A DNA stretch of 40,342 bases from a virus (lineage: Duplodnaviria; Caudoviricetes), in IMG/VR virus record IMGVR_UViG_3300020470_000052, positions 1 through 40,342 of that record. One strand, 5' to 3'. Below are positions 7,684 through 15,718 of this stretch, one piece after another. The notes beneath the pieces were generated by a model that worked only from the letters and a program-made list of their open reading frames with translations, did no database searches and was not told the origin of the DNA. The translations under genes were made by a program, and so were the position numbers. Numbering within the stretch: the first letter of the stretch is position 1; each line of letters opens with the position of its first letter.

Positions 7684-7868
7684 TATTCTTCTCCCATGTA
7701 TAGAGTTGAACTAGGGCCATAGTGAAGGACAAGGGTGGGCCAAGTTTTAAAGATCAAGGCTTTGTTGTCAGCGTCAGCGGCTAAAGCAGCTTCTGCAAGC
7801 TTCCTATAGAAAAACCCTCCATGACGAATAGCTGTCTTGAGGGTGTAGTGTTTTTCTTGGTCGGTCAT
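7683..7868 (-). CDS. Hypothetical early protein
   Basis: HGGFFYRKLAEAALAADADN...TWP; start ATG 7868 (MTDQEK) after GGAGG and ATGA-coupled to upstream stop. Confidence 0.75.
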   Translation of the reverse strand: MTDQEKHYTLKTAIRHGGFFYRKLAEAALAADADNKALIFKTWPTLVLHYGPSSTLYMGEE

Positions 7869-8071
7869 CTGCTGACCTCCATGCACTCTTGGCATAGGCT
7901 TACTGGAACTCTCATTTGATGAACTACGACAGCCATACCATCGAAAGTTTCAGATTGACCGTTTTCTTTGGAACCTAAAGCAATGCTTTTTTGTCCGTAT
8001 AAATCTCCTTTTAGAATTTGAGATTTACATGAATGGCAATTTCTTACCTTTCTTGTTTTTTTGAGTTTCAT
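7865..8071 (-). CDS. Small zinc-finger protein
   Basis: CHSC...I.KGD.Y...CQEC, two CxxC pairs. Confidence 0.7.
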   Translation of the reverse strand: MKLKKTRKVRNCHSCKSQILKGDLYGQKSIALGSKENGQSETFDGMAVVVHQMRVPVSLCQECMEVSR

Positions 8072-8116
8072 GTGAATGTAGTAAGTAAAAACTTGTTAGG
8101 GATTCAACCTTTTATT

Positions 8117-8145
8117 AGTGTTGCATATAATCCAACATAATGCAA
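8117..8145 (-). promoter_or_regulatory. Leftward promoter with operator 1 (8119-8137)
   Basis: Minus strand TTGCAT-17nt-AACACT; palindrome TGTTG-CATATAATC-CAACA lies in the spacer and overlaps -10. Confidence 0.7.
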
Positions 8146-8281
8146 GGAAATTATTTTTTCAGATCCTCACAAGCTAGTTGGATCTGGTGGACCTCGCAAT
8201 CATGACGGGTCATATCTTTAAGAGTTGAGTCAAGGGCAAAATAGAAAATTGCCCCGACTGCAAGGATGATTGTTAGAGCTT

Positions 8282-8632
8282 TCATTTTCTAACCCTAGTA
8301 ATAACTATTGCTGAATCTCCATGGGCAGCATCTACTCTTCCTTGTCTCTCATATAGATAATATGGGCAAGGTTTAACCGTCTTTGGTGTTGGTGCGTCTA
8401 TTACTGGCTCTAATTTTATTTTGTTTTGATTGTATTTTTTTGAATGTGTGCGCCTTCCTACTTTTACTTTTCTTACAGTTTCCCCACTGTATACAGATTG
8501 ATAATGAATAAAAATAATTTGATTAGGTTTTAAGCTATCAAATAATTTTTTATCTAGTTCTATCACTTCAGCTTCTGACCAACTGCCAGTTGATGAAAGA
8601 GAGTTAGAACCAGTAAGAGCGAATAAAGTCAT
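8282..8632 (-). CDS. Hypothetical protein
   Basis: 116-aa ORF in the early region, no family recognised. Confidence 0.7.
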   Translation of the reverse strand: MTLFALTGSNSLSSTGSWSEAEVIELDKKLFDSLKPNQIIFIHYQSVYSGETVRKVKVGRRTHSKKYNQNKIKLEPVIDAPTPKTVKPCPYYLYERQGRVDAAHGDSAIVITRVRK

Positions 8633-8677
8633 TTTAAAAATTGAATTAATTTAATAGGTGAGTATCCCAGACAAGCG

Positions 8678-8700
8678 AAAAGGGGGCTGTTAAACCCCCT
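8678..8700 (-). terminator. Probable intrinsic terminator
   Basis: Minus strand AGGGGG-TTTAACAG-CCCCCT followed by TTT, just after the stop at 8706. Confidence 0.55.
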
Positions 8701-8705
8701 AACGG

Positions 8706-8927
8706 TTATGCAAATAGTGTTGCAACTCGTGCGCTTAATGCTGCTATTGCGGCAGTGAATCCAAGAAGAATAAAAGCTGAATTCAATTTCTCGGTTAGAT
8801 CTTGAATTTGTTTTGCTTGATCTTCGATGAGCGGAACTGCTTCATCTATGATCTCTTGCTTGGTGTTCCTTGCTGTAATGCATGTCATCAGGAAAACTCC
8901 GTGATAAAGAAATGAACTTGCGTCCAT
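8706..8927 (-). CDS. Small coiled-coil protein with C-terminal hydrophobic anchor (start may be 8888)
   Basis: TARNTKQEIIDEA...QIQDLTEKLNSAFILLGFTAAIAAL; GGAG precedes ATG 8888. Confidence 0.7.
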   Translation of the reverse strand: MDASSFLYHGVFLMTCITARNTKQEIIDEAVPLIEDQAKQIQDLTEKLNSAFILLGFTAAIAALSARVATLFA

Positions 8928-8933
8928 ATGAGT

Positions 8934-8962
8934 AGTGTTGCAAGAACAACAACAGTAGTAAA
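8934..8962 (-). promoter_or_regulatory. Leftward promoter with operator 2 (8936-8954)
   Basis: Minus strand TTTACT-17nt-AACACT; palindrome TGTTG-CAAGAACAA-CAACA in the same register as operator 1. Confidence 0.7.
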
Positions 8963-8997
8963 CAGAAAGACCCTAGACTGAAATATTTCTTAACGTA

Positions 8998-9026
8998 TTT
9001 ACTTCTTGTTGCATTTATGGCATCAT
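8998..9026 (+). promoter_or_regulatory. Rightward promoter with operator 3 (9007-9025)
   Basis: TTTACT-17nt-CATCAT with TGn extension; TGTTG-CATTTATGG-CATCA; ATG follows at 9033. Confidence 0.65.
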
Positions 9027-9032
9027 GCATAC

Positions 9033-9242
9033 ATGGAAACTCCTGTTCAAATATTAATCAAAGAGTTCGGTGGGGTTCGTCCCCTAGCTCGTGCAGTTCA
9101 TCGAGATGCAGCTTCAGTGAGTCGCTGGCAAAAAGGTGATGGACTAGTTCCTACCAACATACAAAAGAAAGTTTTAGAAACAGCCTGGGACAACAACATC
9201 AATATTTCAGCGCACGAGTTAATCTTTGGAAGGGATTGCTAG
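9033..9242 (+). CDS. Cro-like helix-turn-helix regulator
   Basis: LIKEFGGVRPLARAVHRDAASVSRWQKGDGLVP; first rightward gene; start moved to METPVQ. Confidence 0.85.
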   Translation: METPVQILIKEFGGVRPLARAVHRDAASVSRWQKGDGLVPTNIQKKVLETAWDNNINISAHELIFGRDC

Positions 9243-9286
9243 CTTTTAGTTCATGATTTATTCTTTTAATAATTTACTTCCCCTAA

Positions 9287-9550
9287 ATGACACTAACAGC
9301 AGTACCTAAATCAATTGTTGTTGGTGTTAATGACCAAGGTTATCGGGTCGCTCAAGACCACCCAAACCACAACCCTAAAATTACCCCAGTAGTTGTTGAT
9401 GCTCTTCGAGAACTACACGAAGAATGGGGTATTGGATACGGTTGTTTAAGCCTCATGTTTCATATATCACGAGGCTACGTGGCCCAAATCTGTCGTTACG
9501 AAAAGCGTGTCTCCTATGCAACCCGCTACAAAACAATCCAAACCAGGTAG
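9287..9550 (+). CDS. Small HTH DNA-binding protein (candidate late activator)
   Basis: KITPVVVDALRELHEEWGIGYGCLSLMFHISRGYVAQICRYEKR, an HTH like those appended to phage HNH proteins, here stand-alone. Confidence 0.7.
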   Translation: MTLTAVPKSIVVGVNDQGYRVAQDHPNHNPKITPVVVDALRELHEEWGIGYGCLSLMFHISRGYVAQICRYEKRVSYATRYKTIQTR

Positions 9551-9956
9551 GCCCATAGCAAAGCCTGATCCTGAAATCATGGAAGAAGTTTTATTCTGGA
9601 TTTCTTCTGGCAATACTTTGCGCTCTTATTGCAGACAAAAAGGCAAACCTGCTTACTCCACTATTTATAACTGGCTCAATAAATCTGAAGAATTAACTGA
9701 ACGCTTCACACGCGCGCGCGAGATGGGGGCTGATTGGATAGCGGATTCTATTTTAGAAATGGTAGATGAAACACCTGTACAAACTGGAGGAGACAACCCA
9801 AGGATCGATCCCGCTCATGTTCAGTGGACTAAGAACCGAGCGGAAATAAGGCTAAAGCTCCTCGCAAAATGGTTCCCACAGAAATGGAGTGATAAGACGA
9901 ACGTGGATCATTCAGGTGGTGTATCAGTGACAGTGACCACAGGGGTTCCACAGTGA
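9507..9956 (+). CDS. terS: Terminase small subunit (Sf6-like); start may be ATG 9516
   Basis: GRP...ISSGNTLRSYC...PAYSTIYNWL...FTRAREMGAD...RLKLLAKWFPQKWSDK; upstream of TerL. Confidence 0.88.
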   Translation: MSPMQPATKQSKPGRPIAKPDPEIMEEVLFWISSGNTLRSYCRQKGKPAYSTIYNWLNKSEELTERFTRAREMGADWIADSILEMVDETPVQTGGDNPRIDPAHVQWTKNRAEIRLKLLAKWFPQKWSDKTNVDHSGGVSVTVTTGVPQ

Positions 9957-10090
9957 GAGATTTACAACTCGAACAGGACATTGCAGAGCACTTTGTAGAC
10001 AAGTGGTTGAGGTATGAGATTACGGATGTTGAGCTGGAGGCATGGCTTGACCGATTACCACTATCAACATATGAAGAGGATTTCAATTGA
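9953..10090 (+). CDS. Small acidic hypothetical protein, 45 aa, between terS and terL
   Basis: GTG start overlaps terS stop (GTGA); its TGA overlaps the TTG start of terL; MRDLQLEQDIAEHFVDKWLRYEITDVELEAWLDRLPLSTYEEDFN. Confidence 0.65.
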   Translation: MRDLQLEQDIAEHFVDKWLRYEITDVELEAWLDRLPLSTYEEDFN

Positions 10091-11418
10091 TACCAAATAT
10101 TGCTCTGAATTATGTTCCACGTAATTGGCAAAAGGAGTGCCATTTAAAGAAAGAACGCTTTTCCGTTTTTGCGCTTCACAGACGCTCTGGCAAAACTGAA
10201 TTGGCCATTATGGAACTTGTGGATAAAGCGATGAAGACAGAGAAAGAGCTGGGCATGTTCGTTTATGTGGCCCCGTTCCTTCGGCAAGCAAAAGCTATTG
10301 CATGGGCACGGCTCAAGGAAAAGTTGGAACCACTAAGAAGGACATCATTGATTGATATAAATGAAGGCGAACTGAGCGTGAAGTTTAAACATAATGGAGC
10401 GATCATTCGCTTATTTGGGGGCGATAACGCGGATGCGCTCCGAGGTTTGCGGCTCGATGGGTGCGTAATAGACGAGGTGGCCCAGATCAAGCCTGAGCTT
10501 TGGGATGATGTATGCCAGCCTGCGTTGAGCGACCGTCTAGGCTGGGCTATTTTCATAGGCACACCGAGTGGTATTAATTTATTCTCTGAGTTGTATTATA
10601 AGGGGCTAGAAGAAGACAGTTGGACGGCGGCTAGATACACAGTTTACGACACACAATCGATATTCCCCCAAGAAGTTGAGCGTCTCAAGCGAGACATGAG
10701 TGAGACCAGTTTTGCAAGGGAATATCTATGTGACTTCAGTGCAGCAGGTGACGACCAACTTATTGCATTAGCAGACACAGAGGAAGCAGCTAAACGTGTA
10801 TATCAGAAGACAGACGTAAGCCTTGCTCCTCTAATATTTGGGATTGACCCTGCAAGATTTGGTGATGATCGATCTGTCGTGTTCAGAAGGAGAGGAAGGC
10901 AAGGATTCAATCCAATTATTTATAGAGGGATCGACAACATGGAATTGGCGTCCAGAGTGGCCAACCTGATCGAGGAATATGATCCTGATGCTGTGTTCTG
11001 TGATGCTGGTGCAGGATCGGGAGTGATCGACAGGCTCAGGCAATTGAGCTACGACATCATCGAGATACCATTCGGTGGCAAGGCAACCAAGCCAGAGCTA
11101 TACACCAACCGTAGAACCGAGATGTGGTGGTTAATGAAGCAATGGATAGAAGAAGGTGGAGCAATCCCAAATAACACCGCACTCAAGCAAGAACTAGCGA
11201 CACCGATCTATTGGTACGACAATGTTGGTAGGCGAGTATTGGAAAGCAAGGACCAGATCAAGAAGAGATTGCAGGGTGCAGGATCGCCAGATTTAGCTGA
11301 TGCATTAGCACTAACCTTTGCGTTGCCAGTAGCCAAGAAGATTCCAGAGGATATCTATATCAAGAGGCGTAACGAAGCCACGAAGAGGGAGGAATATGAC
11401 CCATACACAAGAGTCTAA
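10087..11418 (+). CDS. terL: Terminase large subunit
   Basis: Walker A HRRSGKT, Walker B CVIDE, IGTPSG, nuclease GIDPARFGDD and SPDLADALAL; TTG start. Confidence 0.96.
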   Translation: MIPNIALNYVPRNWQKECHLKKERFSVFALHRRSGKTELAIMELVDKAMKTEKELGMFVYVAPFLRQAKAIAWARLKEKLEPLRRTSLIDINEGELSVKFKHNGAIIRLFGGDNADALRGLRLDGCVIDEVAQIKPELWDDVCQPALSDRLGWAIFIGTPSGINLFSELYYKGLEEDSWTAARYTVYDTQSIFPQEVERLKRDMSETSFAREYLCDFSAAGDDQLIALADTEEAAKRVYQKTDVSLAPLIFGIDPARFGDDRSVVFRRRGRQGFNPIIYRGIDNMELASRVANLIEEYDPDAVFCDAGAGSGVIDRLRQLSYDIIEIPFGGKATKPELYTNRRTEMWWLMKQWIEEGGAIPNNTALKQELATPIYWYDNVGRRVLESKDQIKKRLQGAGSPDLADALALTFALPVAKKIPEDIYIKRRNEATKREEYDPYTRV

Positions 11419-11971
11419 TTTTATCCGCATAGCAGAAGGGCTAGATGTAGAGCCATTGCTCAAACTATTAGATGCCAAACCTGAGTTGTGGAAGGAGATT
11501 GATGCGAGGCAAAAGTGTACTAACTCACCACATAAAGACACTGAATCGATATATGTGAGAGGTCCATTGAAGATGACTCTTTACTACGTCTTGTGGGACA
11601 CAGGCTCCTACGATTATCCCTGCATGGAATATTTAAAGCCTGCACTAGTACCATTGATGCGTCCAATATTAGAGAAATTAGGAGTGAAAGATATGGGCAG
11701 ACTTCTTATTGTTAATTTAAAACCTAGCGGCCATGTGACTAAACATAATGACCAAGGAACGTATGCAGATCATTACTCTCGGTTTCATTTAGTACTCAAA
11801 TCTAATAGATGGTGTCGTCAAACTTGTGGCGATCAAGAGCAAAAGTTTGAGGAAGGAGAGGTCTGGTGGTTTAATCATAAGAAACTACATACAGCAGACA
11901 ATGTTGGCATGACTGATAGAGTACATATAATATTTGATTGTGTTACTGAATATCCTTTATGCCCAGTGTGA
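11396..11971 (+). CDS. Aspartyl/asparaginyl beta-hydroxylase-like 2OG-Fe(II) oxygenase
   Basis: HND (HxD), RFHLVL, GEVWWFNHKKLHTADN, DRVHIIFD. Confidence 0.85.
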   Translation: MTHTQESNFIRIAEGLDVEPLLKLLDAKPELWKEIDARQKCTNSPHKDTESIYVRGPLKMTLYYVLWDTGSYDYPCMEYLKPALVPLMRPILEKLGVKDMGRLLIVNLKPSGHVTKHNDQGTYADHYSRFHLVLKSNRWCRQTCGDQEQKFEEGEVWWFNHKKLHTADNVGMTDRVHIIFDCVTEYPLCPV

Positions 11972-12468
11972 CCGTAACAGCAAGCGATGCATGTACTCTT
12001 GATGAAAGTAGAGTATCCAAACCGGAGATCAAACTCTGCACGTTAGCTGACATCGAAGGCTACACAGATCATTTGTTTGAAGAGCACTACCAAGAAATAG
12101 CTCGCAACAAAAAGATCATGAAGCTGAAGCCAAATTGGCCGATGTACTATGCGCTTGAGGAATCAGGAGCATTGTTCCTTCACGTAGCCACGCAGGGTGA
12201 TGAATTCATTGGGTATTCTATTAACATCGTGCAGCATCATTTGCACTATGCCGATTTGAACTACTGCCAGAATGACGTTTTGTTCATCAAAAAGGAATTC
12301 AGAGGTGGCCGCATCGGTTTACGTCTTATGAAAGCTACAGAAAACCATGCAAAATCCCTTGGGTGCAAACTCATGTTGTGGCATTGCAAACCTGACACTC
12401 CTTTAAATGAGATCTTGCCAAGATTGAAGTACGGAGTACAAGATGTTATTTATTCCAAGGAGATCTAA
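11959..12468 (+). CDS. GNAT-family acetyltransferase (start uncertain)
   Basis: IGYS...NDVLFIKKEFRGGRIGLRLMKATENHAKSLGCK, GNAT motif A. Confidence 0.85.
   Translation: MPSVTVTASDACTLDESRVSKPEIKLCTLADIEGYTDHLFEEHYQEIARNKKIMKLKPNWPMYYALEESGALFLHVATQGDEFIGYSINIVQHHLHYADLNYCQNDVLFIKKEFRGGRIGLRLMKATENHAKSLGCKLMLWHCKPDTPLNEILPRLKYGVQDVIYSKEI
11966..11999 (+). promoter_or_regulatory. Late promoter candidate, copy 1
   Basis: GTGTGACCGTAA (11966-11977), 16 nt, TACTCT (11994-11999). Confidence 0.7.
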
Positions 12469-12470
12469 CC

Positions 12471-12797
12471 ATGGCAATTACAGCCGTTGTAGCTAGTACA
12501 GTTGTTAGTGCTGGTGTTTCATACTTTCAAGGACAGCAACAGAAGAAGCAACAGGAAAAGCAGTTAGCAATGCAGAGACAAGCTAATGCAGATGCAGCAA
12601 AGAGAGCAAAAGAAGCTAAAGAACAGTCAGAGATCGCGATGAACAAAGCAAATCAAAAGAGAGCAGATGTAAGTGCTCTTTCTAGTAAAGAAGCACAAGC
12701 AGCAAAGGTAGGCACAGGTGGCACACTGTTGACTGGGAATCAAGGTGTAGAAATAGCTCAAGAAAATCTTGGCGGCAACACCTTATTAGGTGCTTAA
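12471..12797 (+). CDS. Small virion protein upstream of portal
   Basis: Hydrophobic N-terminus, Q/K/A coiled coil, GTLLTG...TLLG C-terminus typical of pre-portal podovirus proteins. Confidence 0.75.
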   Translation: MAITAVVASTVVSAGVSYFQGQQQKKQQEKQLAMQRQANADAAKRAKEAKEQSEIAMNKANQKRADVSALSSKEAQAAKVGTGGTLLTGNQGVEIAQENLGGNTLLGA

Positions 12798-12800
12798 ACA

Positions 12801-14474
12801 ATGAAAACAAAACGTGCAGACCTTCTAACTAGATGGGGCCACCTAAGAACCGAGAGGGCAACATGGTGGTCACATTGGCAAGAAGTGACAACTTACTTGC
12901 TACCAAGGAATGGACGTTACTTTGAGCAGGATAGAAATAAAGGAACTAGAAGACATAACTCGATATATGACAACACTGGGACCAGAGCGTTAAGGACACT
13001 GGGTGCAGGCATGATGGCTGGTGCTACATCTCCTGCAAGACCTTGGTTTAGGCTAGGAACGGCTGATCCAGAACTAAACAACTACACACCTGTGAAGTTA
13101 TGGTTGAATGATGTAACGCAACGGATGCAACTGGTATTCCAGAAGTCCAATACATATCGCACACTACACAGTATTTATGAAGAACTTGGAGCATTTGGTA
13201 CTGCTGGATCTATTATTCTTCCCGATCCAAGAACAGCTATTCACCATTACCCCTTAACTGTTGGTGAATATGCAGTAGCACAAGATTATCAAGGTAGAAT
13301 CAATACTCTGTATAGAGAATTCCAGAAAACAGTAGGCGAAGTTGTAAGAGAGTTTGGATATAAGAAGTGTTCAACGTCCGTTAAAAATCTGTTTGACAGA
13401 GGTAGTCTTGATACATGGATCACAATCATTCATGCAATAGAACCTCGTGATGATAGGGAGCGTGATTTTAAGAAGAAGGACAATATGAACATGGCATATA
13501 AGTCTTGTTACTTTGAATTGGGTGGAGATGGTGAGCAGCTACTAAGGGAAAGTGGATTTAAAGATTTTCCTGCCGTTATACCTAGGTGGGGTATCTCTGG
13601 TGGTGATATTTACGGCAATTCCCCAGGGATGGAAGCGTTAGGTGATATCAAACAATTGCAGCATGAGCAATTACGCAAGGCGCAAGGCATTGATTACCAG
13701 ACAAAACCACCATTGCAAGTGCCTGCTTACATGAAAAACAGGGATGTCGATAGTCTTCCTGGTGGGGTAACGTTTGTTGATGGGCAGCAAGGCAAGATTG
13801 AGACTGCATTCAATGTGAATCTAAATCTTCAGCACCTGTTAATGGATATCCAAGACGTAAGGCAAAGGATAAATGGTTCGTTTTATGCTGATTTATTCCT
13901 GATGTTGGCTAATGCTACTGACACACGGATGACCGCAACTGAAGTAGCAGAACGTCATGAAGAGAAATTGTTAATGTTAGGACCAGTATTAGAGCGATTA
14001 CATAATGAGTTGCTAGATCCATTGATAGATAATACGTTTAACAGAATGATTGAAGCTAATTTAATACCACCTGCACCACAGGAAATGCAAGGGATGGAAC
14101 TAAGTGTTGAATTTGTATCTATGTTGGCACAAGCGCAACGTGCTATTGGAACAAATAGTGTTGATAGGTATGTAAATAATTTGGGAATGATTGCACAGAT
14201 GAAACCAGATATCCTTGATAAGTTTGATTCTGATGCATGGGCTGATGGTTATGCCGATATGCTGGGTGTAGATCCTAAGTTAATAGTTGCAGGTGAAACA
14301 GTAGCGAAGATCCGTCAAGAAAGAGCGGCGGCACAGCAAGCAATGGCACAACAAGAAGCGCAAAATCAAGCTGCTGAAAATATGGCTAAGGTAGGCAGGA
14401 ATGACGCACAGAACATGCGAGATATAATGAATCAATTCAGTGGGTATAACTCACCATCACCATTGGAGGTTTAA
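12801..14474 (+). CDS. Portal (head-to-tail connector)
   Basis: 557 aa; TSPARPWF, YGNSPGMEALGD, MTATEVAERHEEKLLMLGPVLERL. Confidence 0.95.
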   Translation: MKTKRADLLTRWGHLRTERATWWSHWQEVTTYLLPRNGRYFEQDRNKGTRRHNSIYDNTGTRALRTLGAGMMAGATSPARPWFRLGTADPELNNYTPVKLWLNDVTQRMQLVFQKSNTYRTLHSIYEELGAFGTAGSIILPDPRTAIHHYPLTVGEYAVAQDYQGRINTLYREFQKTVGEVVREFGYKKCSTSVKNLFDRGSLDTWITIIHAIEPRDDRERDFKKKDNMNMAYKSCYFELGGDGEQLLRESGFKDFPAVIPRWGISGGDIYGNSPGMEALGDIKQLQHEQLRKAQGIDYQTKPPLQVPAYMKNRDVDSLPGGVTFVDGQQGKIETAFNVNLNLQHLLMDIQDVRQRINGSFYADLFLMLANATDTRMTATEVAERHEEKLLMLGPVLERLHNELLDPLIDNTFNRMIEANLIPPAPQEMQGMELSVEFVSMLAQAQRAIGTNSVDRYVNNLGMIAQMKPDILDKFDSDAWADGYADMLGVDPKLIVAGETVAKIRQERAAAQQAMAQQEAQNQAAENMAKVGRNDAQNMRDIMNQFSGYNSPSPLEV

Positions 14475-14476
14475 TC

Positions 14477-14617
14477 ATGGGAGCCGAAAAGATAATACCT
14501 AATGCGGTAAAAAGAAATATGGCTTTAATAAAGGCAAAGAAGTCTAGTGGGATAGCAACCAAAGCAGATCTAGAGCTGGAACAGAAATATAAAACACTGT
14601 ACCCTTCAATGTTCTAG
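14477..14617 (+). CDS. Small basic hypothetical protein, 46 aa
   Basis: MGAEKIIPNAVKRNMALIKAKKSSGIATKADLELEQKYKTLYPSMF*, GGAGG at 14465-14469. Confidence 0.65.
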   Translation: MGAEKIIPNAVKRNMALIKAKKSSGIATKADLELEQKYKTLYPSMF

Positions 14618-14680
14618 GTAACATGCTCATGTCAGTCAGGTTTAGAGAGTTGCTCTGGTACTCTCTCGAAGATCCGCATG

Positions 14681-14714
14681 GTGTGACCGTAATTCCGTTT
14701 TTGCTAGATATATT
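14681..14714 (+). promoter_or_regulatory. Late promoter candidate, copy 2
   Basis: GTGTGACCGTAA (14681-14692), 16 nt, TATATT (14709-14714); ATG at 14720. Confidence 0.75.
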
Positions 14715-14719
14715 GGGCC

Positions 14720-15064
14720 ATGAGTGAATACAATCCACTCGACTTAAAGGCGCAACAGAAATCCAAAGACTCTAAAAAGTCAGCGGATAGAATTGAACGC
14801 CAAAATGAAGAGTCAGACATCAAATGGCTCATGAGCAGTAAGAGGGGTCGCAGATTCGTCTGGAGACTTCTGGAAAAAGCAGGTGTATTTCGATCATCGT
14901 TCAACACCAACGCAATGACAATGTCGTTTAGCGAAGGTAACAGGAACTATGGTTTGAATCTCCTCAACTCGATCCACACTCTCTGCCCTGAGTTATATCC
15001 GACCATGATTAAGGAACAAAAAAATGTCAGAAACGCTGATGACGGAAGCCAACCAACCAAATGA
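14720..15064 (+). CDS. Bbp19-like conserved phage protein
   Basis: DIKWLMSSKRGRRFVWRLL...FSEGNRNYGL, between portal and scaffold. Confidence 0.8.
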   Translation: MSEYNPLDLKAQQKSKDSKKSADRIERQNEESDIKWLMSSKRGRRFVWRLLEKAGVFRSSFNTNAMTMSFSEGNRNYGLNLLNSIHTLCPELYPTMIKEQKNVRNADDGSQPTK

Positions 15065-15707
15065 AGGCGACACGCAGCAACAAGTAGACGCAACAACTGA
15101 GGAATCAACTGAAGCGACTACTGAAACAGAGCAGCAAGCCGAAGCTGTACAGGATCAACAAGACTCGGATGAGTCCTCTGCTGAAAGTGAAACTAGCGAA
15201 TCGGAGAAACCAGAAGGTGCTCCTGATAAATACGAGTTCAACGCAAAGGTGGCTGACGCACCAGATGAACTCGACCCCGAAGTCTTAACTGCATTCGGTG
15301 ATGTCGCTAAGGAGCTTGACCTGCCACAGGAGGCTGCACAGAAAGTATTAGACAAGGTTGCACCTGTCATTCAAGCCAAACAAGCAAAAGTTATTGAACA
15401 AGCAAGAGCTGATTGGGCCACGGAATCACAATCGGATGAAGAATTCGGTGGTGAAAACCTAGGAGCCAATCTAGAAATTGCTAAGTCATCACTTAATGCG
15501 TTTGGTACTGATGCTTTTAAGTCGCTGCTGTCCGAGTCTGGCTTGGGAAATCATCCCGAAGTAATTCGGTTTATGTACCGAGCAGGTAAGGCAATTAGTG
15601 AAGATGGTTATGTCGGTAATTCTCAGGGTGCAAACGCCAAAGGCGGCATTCCCAAAGACTTTAATGGCATAGCTGACGCACTATATTCTAATCAGCAAAA
15701 CAAGTAA
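15024..15707 (+). CDS. Capsid scaffolding/assembly protein
   Basis: Acidic N-terminus, GLGNHPEVIRFMYRAGKAISED, precedes capsid gene. Confidence 0.85.
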   Translation: MSETLMTEANQPNEGDTQQQVDATTEESTEATTETEQQAEAVQDQQDSDESSAESETSESEKPEGAPDKYEFNAKVADAPDELDPEVLTAFGDVAKELDLPQEAAQKVLDKVAPVIQAKQAKVIEQARADWATESQSDEEFGGENLGANLEIAKSSLNAFGTDAFKSLLSESGLGNHPEVIRFMYRAGKAISEDGYVGNSQGANAKGGIPKDFNGIADALYSNQQNK

Positions 15708-15718
15708 GGAGTTACTAA

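Noticed and set aside
8715-8736. Possible fourth operator (TAGTGTTGCA)
   Set aside because: Only a half-site; no CAACA partner and no -35 in register.
14623-14727. 34-aa ORF MLMSVRFRELLWYSLEDPHGVTVIPFLLDILGHE
   Set aside because: No clear RBS and it spans late-promoter copy 2; cannot be supported as a gene.
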